A stretch of DNA of 64,000 bases from NCBI GenBank assembly GCA_963843755.1, contig CAWJLS010000012.1, positions 4,001 through 68,000 on the forward strand, given 5' to 3'. This document shows, piece after piece, positions 50,181 through 63,644 of the stretch. Origin of the DNA: an uncultured Acidobacteriota bacterium. GTDB lineage: Bacteria > Acidobacteriota > Thermoanaerobaculia > Multivoradales > DATKCC01. The notes beneath the pieces were generated by a model, which was given only the letters and a program-made list of their open reading frames with translations, made no database searches and was not told the DNA's origin. Position 1 is the first letter of the stretch. The number at the start of each line of letters is the position of its first letter. The position numbers and the translations under genes are program-made.

Positions 50181-50297
50181 GAAAGACGCTCCGTTTCTGT
50201 TTAGAATGGGCCAGCCGGAGGCATGCACCGTCACGCGCCGCCGGCGTCACATTCTCCACCCTCAACCCCCCAATCTCAATTCCGGAGGAGCTCTCCG

Positions 50298-51836
50298 ATG
50301 ACCATCGCAACCACGACTTCAGCCAGCGAGATACTCCGCCGCCTCGGCATCGAACCGGAGAACCCGGGCGCCTTCGCCGGCACCTGGATCGACTCCACGG
50401 GTGAGCGGCTCGAGTCCATCAACCCGGCCACCGGCGAGCCGCTGGCCGCCGTCACCACCGCCTCGGAAGAGGACTACGAGCGCGTCGCCGAGGTCGTCAC
50501 CGAGGCCTTCCACACCTGGCGTGAATGGCCGGCCCCCAAGCGGGGCGAGGTCGTGCGCCAGCTCGGCCTGGAGCTGCGGCGCCACAAGGAGGACCTGGGC
50601 GCCCTCGTCACCCTCGAAGCCGGCAAGATCCACACCGAGGGCCTGGGCGAAGTCCAGGAGATGATCGACATCTGCGACTTCGCCGTCGGCCTCTCGCGCC
50701 AGCTCTACGGCAACTCGATGCACTCCGAGCGGCCGAACCACCGGATGTACGAGCAGTGGCATCCGCTGGGGCCGGTCGGCATCGTCACCGCGTTCAACTT
50801 CCCCGTCGCGGTCTGGTCCTGGAACTCCGCCCTCGCGGCCGTCTGTGGCGACTCGATGATCTGGAAGCCGAGCTCCGAGACGCCGCTGACCGCGATCGCC
50901 GTCACCCGGATCGCTCAGCGGGTGCTCGAGGCCAACGGCGCACCGCCGATCTTCGGCCTGGTCGTCGCCGACCGCCGGGTCGGCGCCAAGATGACCGCCG
51001 ACCGGCGCCTGCCGCTGATCTCGGCCACCGGCTCCGTGCGCATGGGCAAGGCGATCGGCCAGGCCGTCGCCGAGCGCCTCGGCCGCTCGCTGCTCGAGCT
51101 GGGCGGCAACAACGGCATCGTGGTGAGCGACAGCGCCGACCTGGACCAGGCCCTGCGAGCGGTCCTGTTCGCCGCCTTCGGCACCGCCGGCCAGCGCTGC
51201 ACCACCGCCCGGCGCCTGTTCCTGCACAAGAGCATCGCCGCCGAGATGAAGCAGAAGCTGGTCAAGGCCGCCCAGTCGATCACCATCGGCGACCCGGCCG
51301 AAGAAGACGTCCTGATGGGCCCGCTGATCAACCAGCGCGCCGTCGACGACATGATGGCCGCCCTCGAAACCGTCCGCGAGCAGGGCGGCGAGATCCTCTG
51401 CGGCGGCAAGACCATCGACCGCCCGGGCTTCTTCGTCCAGCCGACCATCGCCACCGCGACGGCCGGCATGCCGATCACCTGCGAGGAGACCTTCGCCCCG
51501 ATCCTCTACGTCTTCGAGTACGGCGACCTAGACGAGGCGATCGCCATGCACAACGACGTGCCCCAGGGCCTCTCCTCCGCGATCTTCACCCTCAACCTGC
51601 GAGAGGCCGAGCGCTTCCTCGCCGCCACAGGCAGCGACTGCGGCATCGCCAACGTCAACATCGCCACCTCCGGCGCCGAGATCGGTGGCGCCTTCGGCGG
51701 TGAGAAGGAGACCGGCGGCGGCCGCGAATCCGGCTCCGACTCCTGGAAGATCTACATGCGGCGCCAGACCTGCACCATCAACTGGGGCACCGAAATGCCC
51801 CTGGCGCAGGGCGTGAAGTTCGACGTCGGCGAGTAG
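50298..51836 (+). CDS. Aldehyde dehydrogenase family 7 (piperideine-6-carboxylate / aminoadipate semialdehyde dehydrogenase-like)
   Basis: GEVQEMIDICDFAVGLSRQLYG, AFNFPVAVWSWN, LELGGNN, GTAGQRCT, SGAEIGGAFGGEKETGGGRESGSD. Confidence 0.93.
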   Translation: MTIATTTSASEILRRLGIEPENPGAFAGTWIDSTGERLESINPATGEPLAAVTTASEEDYERVAEVVTEAFHTWREWPAPKRGEVVRQLGLELRRHKEDLGALVTLEAGKIHTEGLGEVQEMIDICDFAVGLSRQLYGNSMHSERPNHRMYEQWHPLGPVGIVTAFNFPVAVWSWNSALAAVCGDSMIWKPSSETPLTAIAVTRIAQRVLEANGAPPIFGLVVADRRVGAKMTADRRLPLISATGSVRMGKAIGQAVAERLGRSLLELGGNNGIVVSDSADLDQALRAVLFAAFGTAGQRCTTARRLFLHKSIAAEMKQKLVKAAQSITIGDPAEEDVLMGPLINQRAVDDMMAALETVREQGGEILCGGKTIDRPGFFVQPTIATATAGMPITCEETFAPILYVFEYGDLDEAIAMHNDVPQGLSSAIFTLNLREAERFLAATGSDCGIANVNIATSGAEIGGAFGGEKETGGGRESGSDSWKIYMRRQTCTINWGTEMPLAQGVKFDVGE

Positions 51837-51861
51837 AGCTTTCCGACAGCTCGACCCTTCG

Positions 51862-51899
51862 AGCCCTCTCCCTCGTTCACATCGTAGAGGGAGAGGGCT
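51862..51899 (+). terminator. Hairpin between convergent genes (possible terminator)
   Basis: 13-bp stem AGCCCTCTCCCTC/GAGGGAGAGGGCT followed by TT. Confidence 0.5.
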
Positions 51900-52851
51900 T
51901 TGCGGTCTCCGGCGACGACACGTCAGCCTCGGGCCCGGCCACCCGAAGCGCCCCCGGCACGACCCGCACCTCGACGCCGTCGCCGGTGACCGGCGTCATC
52001 GGTTCGCCGTCGCCGTAGACGGACATCTCGCGCTCGAGCCAGAGGCGCATGGACCGGGTCCGGAAGCTCGTGACCTGGGGAAGGTCGATGTGAGAGCCCC
52101 GGTAGACACGGGGGAAGACGCGCAGCAGGCGGCGACGCGGCATCTCGCGGACGATCACCACGTCGAGCAGCCCGTCGTCCGGACGGGCGGCGGGCGCGAT
52201 CCGCATGCCGCCGCCGAAGCGGTGGGTGTTGGCGAAGGCGACCAGCATGACCCGCCCCTCGAACTGCCCCGGGTCGCCGTTCTCGGTCTCGTACTGGAGG
52301 GTCAGGAGCGGGGGCCGGAACGTGACGAGGGCGCGCACCACCGCCCACGGGTAGATCATCGGGCCGCGCAGGAGGCGGACGCGCTCGGCGGCGATGCGGG
52401 AGACCTCGCTGTCGAACCCGACCCCGGCCACGCCGGCGTACCAGCGCCCGTCCACCCGCCCCAGGTCGAGCTGCCGAATCGGCCCGTCGCACGCCGTGCG
52501 AAAGGCCGCCTCCAGCCGCTTCGGCACGCCCACCGTCCCGGCCAGGTCGTTGCCGCTCCCCAGGCCGAGGATGCCGAGCGCCGTCTCCGACCCGGCCAGG
52601 GCCTGGACGGCGTGGTGCATGGTCCCGTCGCCGCCGGCCACCACCAGCCGCTCGACCCCGTCCGCCACCGCGCCTTGCGCCGCGGCAGAGAACTCGTCCA
52701 GCCCCCGGGAGACGACCAGCCGAAACCCCTCCCGCTCCGCCAGCGCCTGGAGCCGCGGCAAAGCCTTCCGCCCCGCCCCCCGCCCGGCGGACGGGTTGAC
52801 GAGGACGCGGACACGGTCGGGCCGCGCGGAGTGGTGCGGGGCGGACATCAT
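51877..52851 (-). CDS. Diacylglycerol kinase family lipid kinase (YegS/DagK-like)
   Basis: NPSAG, AGGDGT, GSGNDLA, G.GFD, FGGG, DDG.LD, YGDGE. Confidence 0.9.
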   Translation of the reverse strand: MMSAPHHSARPDRVRVLVNPSAGRGAGRKALPRLQALAEREGFRLVVSRGLDEFSAAAQGAVADGVERLVVAGGDGTMHHAVQALAGSETALGILGLGSGNDLAGTVGVPKRLEAAFRTACDGPIRQLDLGRVDGRWYAGVAGVGFDSEVSRIAAERVRLLRGPMIYPWAVVRALVTFRPPLLTLQYETENGDPGQFEGRVMLVAFANTHRFGGGMRIAPAARPDDGLLDVVIVREMPRRRLLRVFPRVYRGSHIDLPQVTSFRTRSMRLWLEREMSVYGDGEPMTPVTGDGVEVRVVPGALRVAGPEADVSSPETAKPSPSTM

Positions 52852-52919
52852 TGCGCTGGTCGAGAGGATCGAGGGAACTGGGGGAGAGTGTATCGCCATG
52901 CAGGCCGGTCCGAGCCGCC

Positions 52920-53202
52920 GGAGGGTCTGCCGGGAGCGAGACGGGAGGCCCGTCTGACGGACACCTCCGCACCCGCCTCTCTACACCCTCGACCCGGAGC
53001 GACGACTGGCGAGCGTTCCGCGGGTGGAGCGGGTCGGAAGGCCTGGTCCGGAGGGCGCTGAGGAGCGCGCCCGCGGACCCGCCTGAGCTTGCAGCCAGGA
53101 CCGGCGCGCCCCGAACCGAGGCGGCCGTTGATCTCCCAGCCGTCCAGTTCGGCCGCCGTCCCGGAGGACAGGCCTTCCGGCCCGCTCCCGGCAGACCCCT
53201 CC
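52920..53202. mobile_element. ~280-bp non-coding element with terminal inverted repeats (MITE/REPIN-like); structured repeat copy 2
   Basis: Perfect 16-bp TIR GGGTCTGCCGGGAGCG (52923-52938/53183-53198). The internal three-stem structure matches 11243-11419. Confidence 0.6.
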
Positions 53203-53267
53203 CTACCTCCCTCCCTCGCCAGCCCCTTCGCTCCCGGCAGCCCCCCGCCCACGGTAGACTCCCCGCC

Positions 53268-54053
53268 ATGATCCACCGCGAATCCCAAGGCCCGATCACC
53301 GTCCTCCGCATGGACCACGGCAAGGCCAACGCCATGGACGTCGAGCTCCTCGACGCCCTCTCCGAGGCGCTCCATGAGACGGACGCCGCCGGCGCCGAGG
53401 CGGTCGTCCTCACCGGCACCGGCCGCATCTTCTCGGCCGGCGTCGACCTGTTCCGCGTCCTCGACGGCGGCGCGGAGTACCTGGGACGGTTCCTGCCCGC
53501 CCTGTCCCGGGCGCTCAAGGATCTCTTCACCTTTCCCCGCCCGGTGGTCGCGGCCCTGAACGGCCATGCCATCGCCGGCGGCTGCATCCTGGCGTGCGCG
53601 TGCGATCACCGGCTGATGGCCCGGCCGGCCGACGGCGCCGACATCGCCGGCGGCTCCGGCGGCCGCATCGGCGTTCCGGAGCTGCGCGTCGGCGTGCCGT
53701 TCCCGGCGGCGGCACTCGAGATCCTACGCTTCGCCATTCCGCGCCAGCACCTCCAGGAGGTGGCCTACGTCGGGCGGACGTTCTCCCCCGACGACGCCTT
53801 CGCCCGCGGCTTGGTCGACGAGCTGGTCGCCCCGGAGGATCTGGCCGCCCGCGCCGTGGAGGTCGCCGAGAGCCTGGCGGCCATCCCGTCCGCCACGTTC
53901 CAGCTCAGCAAGCGCCAGCTCCGCCGGCCGACGCTCGATCGGCTGCCGGCGCTGGAAGAGGAGCTCGACGAGAAGGTCTACGCCCTGTGGGCAGAGCCCG
54001 CGATCCACGACCACATCCGGGAGTACCTGGACCGGACCCTCAAGAAGTCGTGA
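53268..54053 (+). CDS. Enoyl-CoA hydratase/isomerase family protein
   Basis: KANA, FSAGVDL, PVVAALNGHAIAGG, IGVPELRVG. ATG at 53268. Confidence 0.92.
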   Translation: MIHRESQGPITVLRMDHGKANAMDVELLDALSEALHETDAAGAEAVVLTGTGRIFSAGVDLFRVLDGGAEYLGRFLPALSRALKDLFTFPRPVVAALNGHAIAGGCILACACDHRLMARPADGADIAGGSGGRIGVPELRVGVPFPAAALEILRFAIPRQHLQEVAYVGRTFSPDDAFARGLVDELVAPEDLAARAVEVAESLAAIPSATFQLSKRQLRRPTLDRLPALEEELDEKVYALWAEPAIHDHIREYLDRTLKKS

Positions 54054-54059
54054 GCCGGA

Positions 54060-54857
54060 TCAGAACCCGATGCGGCGCATCACCGCGGCCGGCAGGTTGC
54101 GGATGATCAGCAGGATCCACCGCCACGGCCACGGGGTGTAGACGACGGCCGCCTTGCCGCTGGCCGCCCGGTCGAGGGCGCGCAGCACGTCGCGGGCGGC
54201 CTGCTCCGGCTCGCCGGCGAACGGCGGCGGGTCGAGGCCGGCGGTCATGGAGGTCTTGACGAAGCCCGGCTTGACGGTGACGACGCGCAGCCCCTGGTCC
54301 CAGAACCGCCGGTCGAGGCCCTCCAGGTAGTAGGACAGCGCCGCCTTGCTCGCGCCGTAGAGGACGACGGGCTTGCGCGCCCGGTCGCCGGCCACCGACG
54401 AGAAGACGCAGAGCACGCCCCGGCCCCCCTCCTGAGTCCGGGCCTGGAGGCGTCGCCGCGCCGCTTCGCAGAAGACGATCGTGCCGGTGACGTTGACGTC
54501 GAGCAGGCGCTCGCTCCGCGCCGGGTCGGCCTCGAGGGTGTCTTGCGCCGCGAAGTCGGCCGCCGTCACCACCACGGCGTCGAGGCCGCCGAGATGCTTC
54601 TCCGCCGCGTCCAGCGCCGGCGCGAAGCTCGCCCGGTCCGCCAGGTCACAGACGGCGGTGCCCACCGACCCGGCCGCCCGCTCGCCCAGCACCTCCAGGT
54701 CGCGGGCGCTCCGCTCGAGCTCCTCCCGATCGCGACCGAGCAGCACGAGCTGGTCGCCGTGCGCGGACCCTCTCTCGGCCAGACGGTGGCTCTCGGCCAG
54801 ACGGCGGGCCAGCGCCCGCCCCATCCCTTTCGTGGCTCCCAGGATCGCGATCTTCAT
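54060..54857 (-). CDS. Short-chain dehydrogenase, DprE2-like
   Basis: ILGATKGMG, SSVAGDR.R....YGASKA, VKPGFV.T.MT. Directly follows a DprE1-like gene. Confidence 0.82.
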   Translation of the reverse strand: MKIAILGATKGMGRALARRLAESHRLAERGSAHGDQLVLLGRDREELERSARDLEVLGERAAGSVGTAVCDLADRASFAPALDAAEKHLGGLDAVVVTAADFAAQDTLEADPARSERLLDVNVTGTIVFCEAARRRLQARTQEGGRGVLCVFSSVAGDRARKPVVLYGASKAALSYYLEGLDRRFWDQGLRVVTVKPGFVKTSMTAGLDPPPFAGEPEQAARDVLRALDRAASGKAAVVYTPWPWRWILLIIRNLPAAVMRRIGF

Positions 54858-54873
54858 CGGCTCGCCGCGAAGG

Positions 54874-56289
54874 CTAGCACGGCCGCGCAGACTCCTGAGG
54901 CTCCCCGAGCAGCCGCACCGACTGGGCGCTGTCGAGGCGCCCGTCGGGGTCGTAGCGGCGGCGGATCTCCGCCAGCTCGGCGAGCCGCTCGCCCTCCATG
55001 GCGCGGAAGTGCTCCCGCGTGGTGAACGCCTCCTTGGCCAGGTAGATCCGGCCGCCCTCGGCCGCCACCCGGTCGTCGAGGGCGGCCACCAGCTCCCGGG
55101 TGCCGTCGCGCACCGGCAGGTCGACGGCGATCGAGATCCCCGGCCGCGGGAACGAGAGCACCCCCTCCCCTTCGGGCCCGCAGTCCTTGATCACGCAGAG
55201 GAAGGACGCCCCCCCGGCACGGGTCAGCACGTCGAGGAAACGGGCCGCGGCCGCCGCCGGGCCACCCGCGGCGTCGTCCGGCAGCACGCACTGGTACTGG
55301 GTGAACCCCCGCGGGCCGTAGAGCCGGTTCCAGTGCAGGATCGCGTCGAGCGGGTAGAAGAATTCTTCCGGGTGGACGACGCCGCGCCGGAGGCGCCGGT
55401 GCTCCGGATCTCTCCGCCAGAGCAGCGTCCGGTGGTAGTAGAGGGTGTTGAACGCCCGCACGGTGAGCGGGTTGAGCAGCCACCCCGGCGCGACGAACGG
55501 CACCGTCAGGGCACGCTTGGGGCGGGGCGGCCCGGCCGGCGCCTCGGCCGGTGCGGCCCACCGCCCCCGGCTGACGATCCCCCGCCCGGGCGGCCGGCCC
55601 CGGCGCCCCGGGGTCAGGCAGTCGATCCAGCCGACCGTGAACGGCCAGCTCTCGCCCGACACCTTGAGCGCCTCGACGAAGGCGACCACGTCCGGCACGG
55701 GGAAGTGCTCGGCGAAGATCCAGGGCGACGGCACCCGCACCATCCGGAGCGCCACCTCCAGGACGTGGCCCGTGAGCCCCATGCCGCCCAGGGTGCCGCG
55801 GAAGAGGTCCGGCTCCTCGGTCCGGGAGCACCGCACCACCTCGCCGGAGGCCAACCGCAGGACCAGCCACTCGACATGCCGGCCGATGGTGCCGGCCACG
55901 TGGTGGTTCTTGCCGTGGACGTCGGCGGCGACCATGCCGCCGAGGGTGACGAACCGCGTTCCGGGCGTCACCGGCACGAACCAGCCCCGGGGCAGGAAGG
56001 TGCGGACGATCCGGTCGAGGGAGAGGCCGGCCTCGGCCCGGAGCAGCGCGCTCGTACCGTCGGGCGCGACGTCGAAGCCGAGGATGCGGTTCGCCAGCGG
56101 CGAGGCCGGGATCGCCTCGACCCCGGGCGGCGGCAGGGCGGAGTCGCCGTAGGAGCGGCCGAGGCCCCGGGTCAGGACCGCGCCGTCGGTGATGGCCGCC
56201 AGGTCCTCGGACAGGATCTCCCGACCCGGCACGCCCAGCCGGCCCCAGCCGGAGAGCGTCGGTCTGCGGTCCTCGCGATCCTTCCCCAT
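54874..56289 (-). CDS. FAD-binding oxidoreductase, DprE1-like
   Basis: LSGWGR, RGLGRSYGD, PVTPGT..VT.GG..A.DVHGKNHH, FFYPLD...WNR.YG..GF.QYQ, GGR.YLAK. Confidence 0.9.
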   Translation of the reverse strand: MGKDREDRRPTLSGWGRLGVPGREILSEDLAAITDGAVLTRGLGRSYGDSALPPPGVEAIPASPLANRILGFDVAPDGTSALLRAEAGLSLDRIVRTFLPRGWFVPVTPGTRFVTLGGMVAADVHGKNHHVAGTIGRHVEWLVLRLASGEVVRCSRTEEPDLFRGTLGGMGLTGHVLEVALRMVRVPSPWIFAEHFPVPDVVAFVEALKVSGESWPFTVGWIDCLTPGRRGRPPGRGIVSRGRWAAPAEAPAGPPRPKRALTVPFVAPGWLLNPLTVRAFNTLYYHRTLLWRRDPEHRRLRRGVVHPEEFFYPLDAILHWNRLYGPRGFTQYQCVLPDDAAGGPAAAAARFLDVLTRAGGASFLCVIKDCGPEGEGVLSFPRPGISIAVDLPVRDGTRELVAALDDRVAAEGGRIYLAKEAFTTREHFRAMEGERLAELAEIRRRYDPDGRLDSAQSVRLLGEPQESARPC

Positions 56290-56361
56290 GGGAGCCCGAG
56301 TCTACTGAGTTTGCCGGCCGAGGAGACCCGTAGGGCGCCCGGAGCTCCCCTGAAACGACGA

Positions 56362-56390
56362 CGAGCCCGCCCCTCGAAGGGACGGGCTCG
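56362..56390 (-). terminator. Possible terminator hairpin downstream of the porin gene
   Basis: CGAGCCCGTCCCT-TCG-AGGGGCGGGCTCG on the minus strand, with only a weak U-tract. Confidence 0.45.
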
Positions 56391-56459
56391 CGCGGCGACG
56401 TGTCTCTGTCGCACCGGCCGCAGGGGCGCTCGACGAGCGCCCCTCGGCCGGGTTCCGGC

Positions 56460-57536
56460 TCACCACTTGAACTGGGCCCAGATGCCGAACTCGTCCGACT
56501 TGCCCTTCTCGCCGGCCACCGAGCTGCCCACACCGTTGATCTTGCCGCCCAGCCCCGACTTCACCTCTTCGTGCTTGTAGGCGAACGAGACGAGCAGCGG
56601 CTTGATCGGGTGGATCTGGACGCCGGCGTTGTAGTAGGTGTCCTCGAGGTCCGGGTTCAGGTCCTTGCTGGTGTTGGCCGTGTCGTAGCGGCCGAAGATC
56701 TCGGCCTGCTCGCCCACCGGCACCGAGAACCAGCCGGAGAAGCCGTCGGCCGAGTCCTTGACCACGGTGGTGACGTTGTTCCAGTTGTCGGCGCTGAAGT
56801 ACTCGGCGCCCAGACGGAACGAGCCGTTGTAGGCCACGACCACGTCGTACCGCGACGCGGTGTGCTCCGCCGGGGAGGCGTCGGTGTCGTTGCCCAGCTT
56901 GCCGCTGTAGGCGCCGACGCCGATGGTCACGTCCTTGACCGGCTCGAAGGCGATCCGGGCGGTGATGTCGGGCTGCTTGCTGCGGCTCGGGTCGCTGTAG
57001 CCGTGGCCGTTGACGACGCCGGCGGCGTAGCTGACGACACCGGACTTGCCGAGGAAGTGGACGCCCCAGTCGGCCGAGTTGCCGAACTTCAGGCGGTCGA
57101 TCAGGGTGTTCTCGAGGTAGCGGTAGCCGTAGAGACCCTCGACGAACGGAATCCACGGCGTGTCGGCGGAGCCGACGCGGAAGGCGGCGGCGTCGGAGAG
57201 CTTGGCCTGGATGTAGGCCTTCTTGACGAAGAGGTCGTAGCGCTTGGTGCCCTTGTCGCCGATGTCCGAGGTGAAGTTGGCCGACCAGACGTCGTCGAAC
57301 TTGTAGTCGACCGTGACGTAGAACCGCTTGAGGTCGGTGCCCCAGCCGCTGTCGGACGACTTGTCACCGGTGCCGTCGTCCTTGTTGCTCTTGATGGTGG
57401 TATCCACGTACGTCTTGCCGTGGATGCTGAGGTCGTCGGCGCGGGTGGCTCCCGTGGCTCCGAAGAGCAGCCCGACGGCCAGCACCCCCGCGAGGGCTCC
57501 GATCTGCTTCCTCCTCCGGTCACTCGAATGACGCAT
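56460..57536 (-). CDS. Outer-membrane porin (phosphate-selective porin-like beta-barrel)
   Basis: Signal peptide ending ATRA, amphipathic beta strands (D.KRFY.., FVKKAY.Q, SADWG), aromatic C-terminus FKW. Confidence 0.8.
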   Translation of the reverse strand: MRHSSDRRRKQIGALAGVLAVGLLFGATGATRADDLSIHGKTYVDTTIKSNKDDGTGDKSSDSGWGTDLKRFYVTVDYKFDDVWSANFTSDIGDKGTKRYDLFVKKAYIQAKLSDAAAFRVGSADTPWIPFVEGLYGYRYLENTLIDRLKFGNSADWGVHFLGKSGVVSYAAGVVNGHGYSDPSRSKQPDITARIAFEPVKDVTIGVGAYSGKLGNDTDASPAEHTASRYDVVVAYNGSFRLGAEYFSADNWNNVTTVVKDSADGFSGWFSVPVGEQAEIFGRYDTANTSKDLNPDLEDTYYNAGVQIHPIKPLLVSFAYKHEEVKSGLGGKINGVGSSVAGEKGKSDEFGIWAQFKW

Positions 57537-57644
57537 CTGTGTTCTCCCTGTGTCGTCTGGCGGCCGGCGTCTGCCGGAGCCATGGAATTCAAGATCCTCG
57601 CTTCCCACACCTTCGCAGGAGCGATGCGATCCTGGCCCGCCCGC

Positions 57645-57682
57645 ATGGCATCGCAGTGACGGGCGAATGACTCTCTGGTAAA
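57645..57682 (-). promoter_or_regulatory. Pho-box-like 11-bp-period direct repeats upstream of the porin
   Basis: Minus strand reads TTTAC-N6-GTCAT-N6-GTCAC-N6-GCCAT. Confidence 0.55.
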
Positions 57683-57699
57683 CGTCGAGAGGGACCGGC

Positions 57700-58569
57700 T
57701 CAGGACGAGCCGTAGATTCGGAGGGGCCGCTCGGGAACCAGGCCGTGGCTCGCCGCCCGTCGGAAGAGCTCTTCCAGGCTCCGCAGCTCGGCCTCCTGGA
57801 GGAAGTAGCCGATGGCCCGCCGCAGGTAGTTGGAGATCGACAGGGAGCCCACGCCCAGCTCGGCCGCCGCCTGCCGGGCGATGGCGTCGAGGGACGAGAG
57901 GCCGTAGCGCAGACTGCTCTTGAAGTAGAACGGCAGCTCCGGCAGGCTCACCCCGTCCCGGACCGCCCAGACGCCCACCACCAGCGGCAGCCCGGTGAGC
58001 TCACGCCAGGCGGTGCCCAAATCGAGTCGATTCAGACGGTTCGGGTCCTGGAGCGGACCGGCGCCCCGGGTCTCGTCGGCCTGCCCGATCGAGGCGGCCA
58101 ACCCCACCCGGCCGGTGAGCAGCAGGGCCTCACCGTGCCGCAGCGCGGCGACCCGTCGGGCCACGTTGTCCGGACGCAGCCCTCCGGGCTCGAGCTCGAG
58201 CTCTTCGGGGCGGATGCCGTAGCGCTCCGCCAGGACGATCGACAGGGCGGCGGCCGAGGTGGGCACGCTCCGTTCACGGAGCACGTGCCGGACCTCGCCG
58301 ATGGGCGAGGGGGTGAGCAGCACCAGGCTGCCCGCCTCCGCGGGGAACGAGACGCACAGGTCGGGCAGCACCTGCAGCCCCCCGAGCCGGGCCACTTCGA
58401 TGGCGGGGATCAACGCGACGTCGACCCCGCGCTGCTCGATCAGGCGCCCGATCAGCGGCGCCGGGTGCGAGCTGGGCGAAAACAGGTCCGCGTGGTGCCC
58501 CTTGAGGAAGCCCCAGGCGAGAGGCAGGGCGTCCAGCGTGTCTGCGATCCCGACGCGGAGCTTGGGCAC
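57700..58569 (-). CDS. mqnA: Chorismate dehydratase MqnA-like (futalosine menaquinone pathway), divergent
   Basis: LRVG....L.ALPL.WG, DVALIP.IE, S..TS..L, DLG..W..LTGLP.V.GVWA. Confidence 0.75.
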   Translation of the reverse strand: MPKLRVGIADTLDALPLAWGFLKGHHADLFSPSSHPAPLIGRLIEQRGVDVALIPAIEVARLGGLQVLPDLCVSFPAEAGSLVLLTPSPIGEVRHVLRERSVPTSAAALSIVLAERYGIRPEELELEPGGLRPDNVARRVAALRHGEALLLTGRVGLAASIGQADETRGAGPLQDPNRLNRLDLGTAWRELTGLPLVVGVWAVRDGVSLPELPFYFKSSLRYGLSSLDAIARQAAAELGVGSLSISNYLRRAIGYFLQEAELRSLEELFRRAASHGLVPERPLRIYGSS

Positions 58570-58578
58570 GGAGCTCCG

Positions 58579-59986
<1,408 letters not shown>

Positions 59987-59994
<8 letters not shown>

Positions 59995-60622
59995 CGTGGT
60001 GTTCCTCGTCAACTGTTCTGTCAAGGCCGTGAGGCCCCGCCCTGAGAAAGCTCGTGATCTCCTTCCAGAGCTCTTTGATCCCCTCGCCCGACTGCGCCGA
60101 GACGGGGATGATTCTCGATCGGTCCGCGAACCCGAGGGTGCGGGCGACCTCTTTCATCCTGGCCTGCCGCTTACTCCGCGCCAGGCGGTCAACTTTCGTC
60201 GCCGCCACCAGACCGGGGATGGCCAACGACGCCAGGTACTCGGACGCCTGGACGTCCAGGGCCGTCGCACCGACCTTGGCGTCCACCACCTGGATCACCA
60301 GGGGCGGCGCCGGCGCCTGCCGGAAGTACCGGTCGATCAGGACGGCCCAGCTTCGACGCTCCTCGGCGGACACCTTGGCGTATCCGTACCCGGGCAGGTC
60401 GACGAAGTAGAACCGGCGATCGATCAGGTAGTAATGAACCGCCCGGGTCCTGCCGGGCCGACTGCTCGTCCGCGCCAGCTTCTTGCGACCGAGAAGCCGG
60501 TTCATCAAGCTCGACTTGCCGACGTTCGAACGCCCGACGAAGGCGATCTGCGGCAGGTCGTCCCGCCGGAACTGCCTGGCGTGATGAGCGGCCTCTACGT
60601 GCTCGGCGCTGTCGATCTTCAC
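59987..60622 (-). CDS. engB: Ribosome biogenesis GTPase EngB/YihA
   Basis: [30 protein letters not shown] start at 60622. Confidence 0.93.
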
Positions 60623-60906
60623 GACCCGGTCCTGATCCAGTTCTGGTCGAGGGCACTCTCGGCGGAAACCCGGAATGGGGGCCCGTCGCACCGCCCGGAC
60701 CTCGATCCGGACGGGCGGACGCGGCTGCTCATGCTGTCAGCGAGAGACCCCGGACCGACTCGGTCCGGCGCCGGGCCCTGCGCGCCGGACGTACCGGCTG
60801 CGGGCGCCACGCCGACCGCCGGGAGCGCGTCAGCGCGCGCCCGGTGGCCGTCTCGAACACCCCTCGCGCCGCCCGTCACCGGGTCGGAGCGCGGAGCGCT
60901 CGGGGG

Positions 60907-63372
<2,466 letters not shown>

Positions 63373-63644
63373 GGAAACGTCGCCGTCGGTCTACGGACCC
63401 GCCGGCACCACCCTCGTGGTGCTCCCCCACCGTACGTCCGCGGGGGGGATTCACCGCTCACGGCTGATTCGGAATCAGCCCGGATCGTGCGCGGCCTGCT
63501 TCCGAGCGGCCCCGATTCGATTCAACTCGTCGGTGGGCCCGGCCCGGTACCGGCCGCTCCTGATCCGCCCTGGTCGACCTGATACGTGCTCGGCGCGGAA
63601 ACGTTTCGCGCGGGCGGCGCCCGCAGCGCGCCGCGTCTGCGCCC

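Noticed and set aside
53058-53120. CTGAGGAG followed by a stem and CGAAC, resembling a hammerhead ribozyme core
   Set aside because: There is no GAAA directly after the stem, and the homologous copy at ~11276 reads CTGGCGGC, so the core is not conserved
60661-60900. Possible further copy of the structured repeat between lon and engB (contains GCCGGGAGCG)
   Set aside because: Only a 10-nt GC-rich match; the conserved loop and stems are absent
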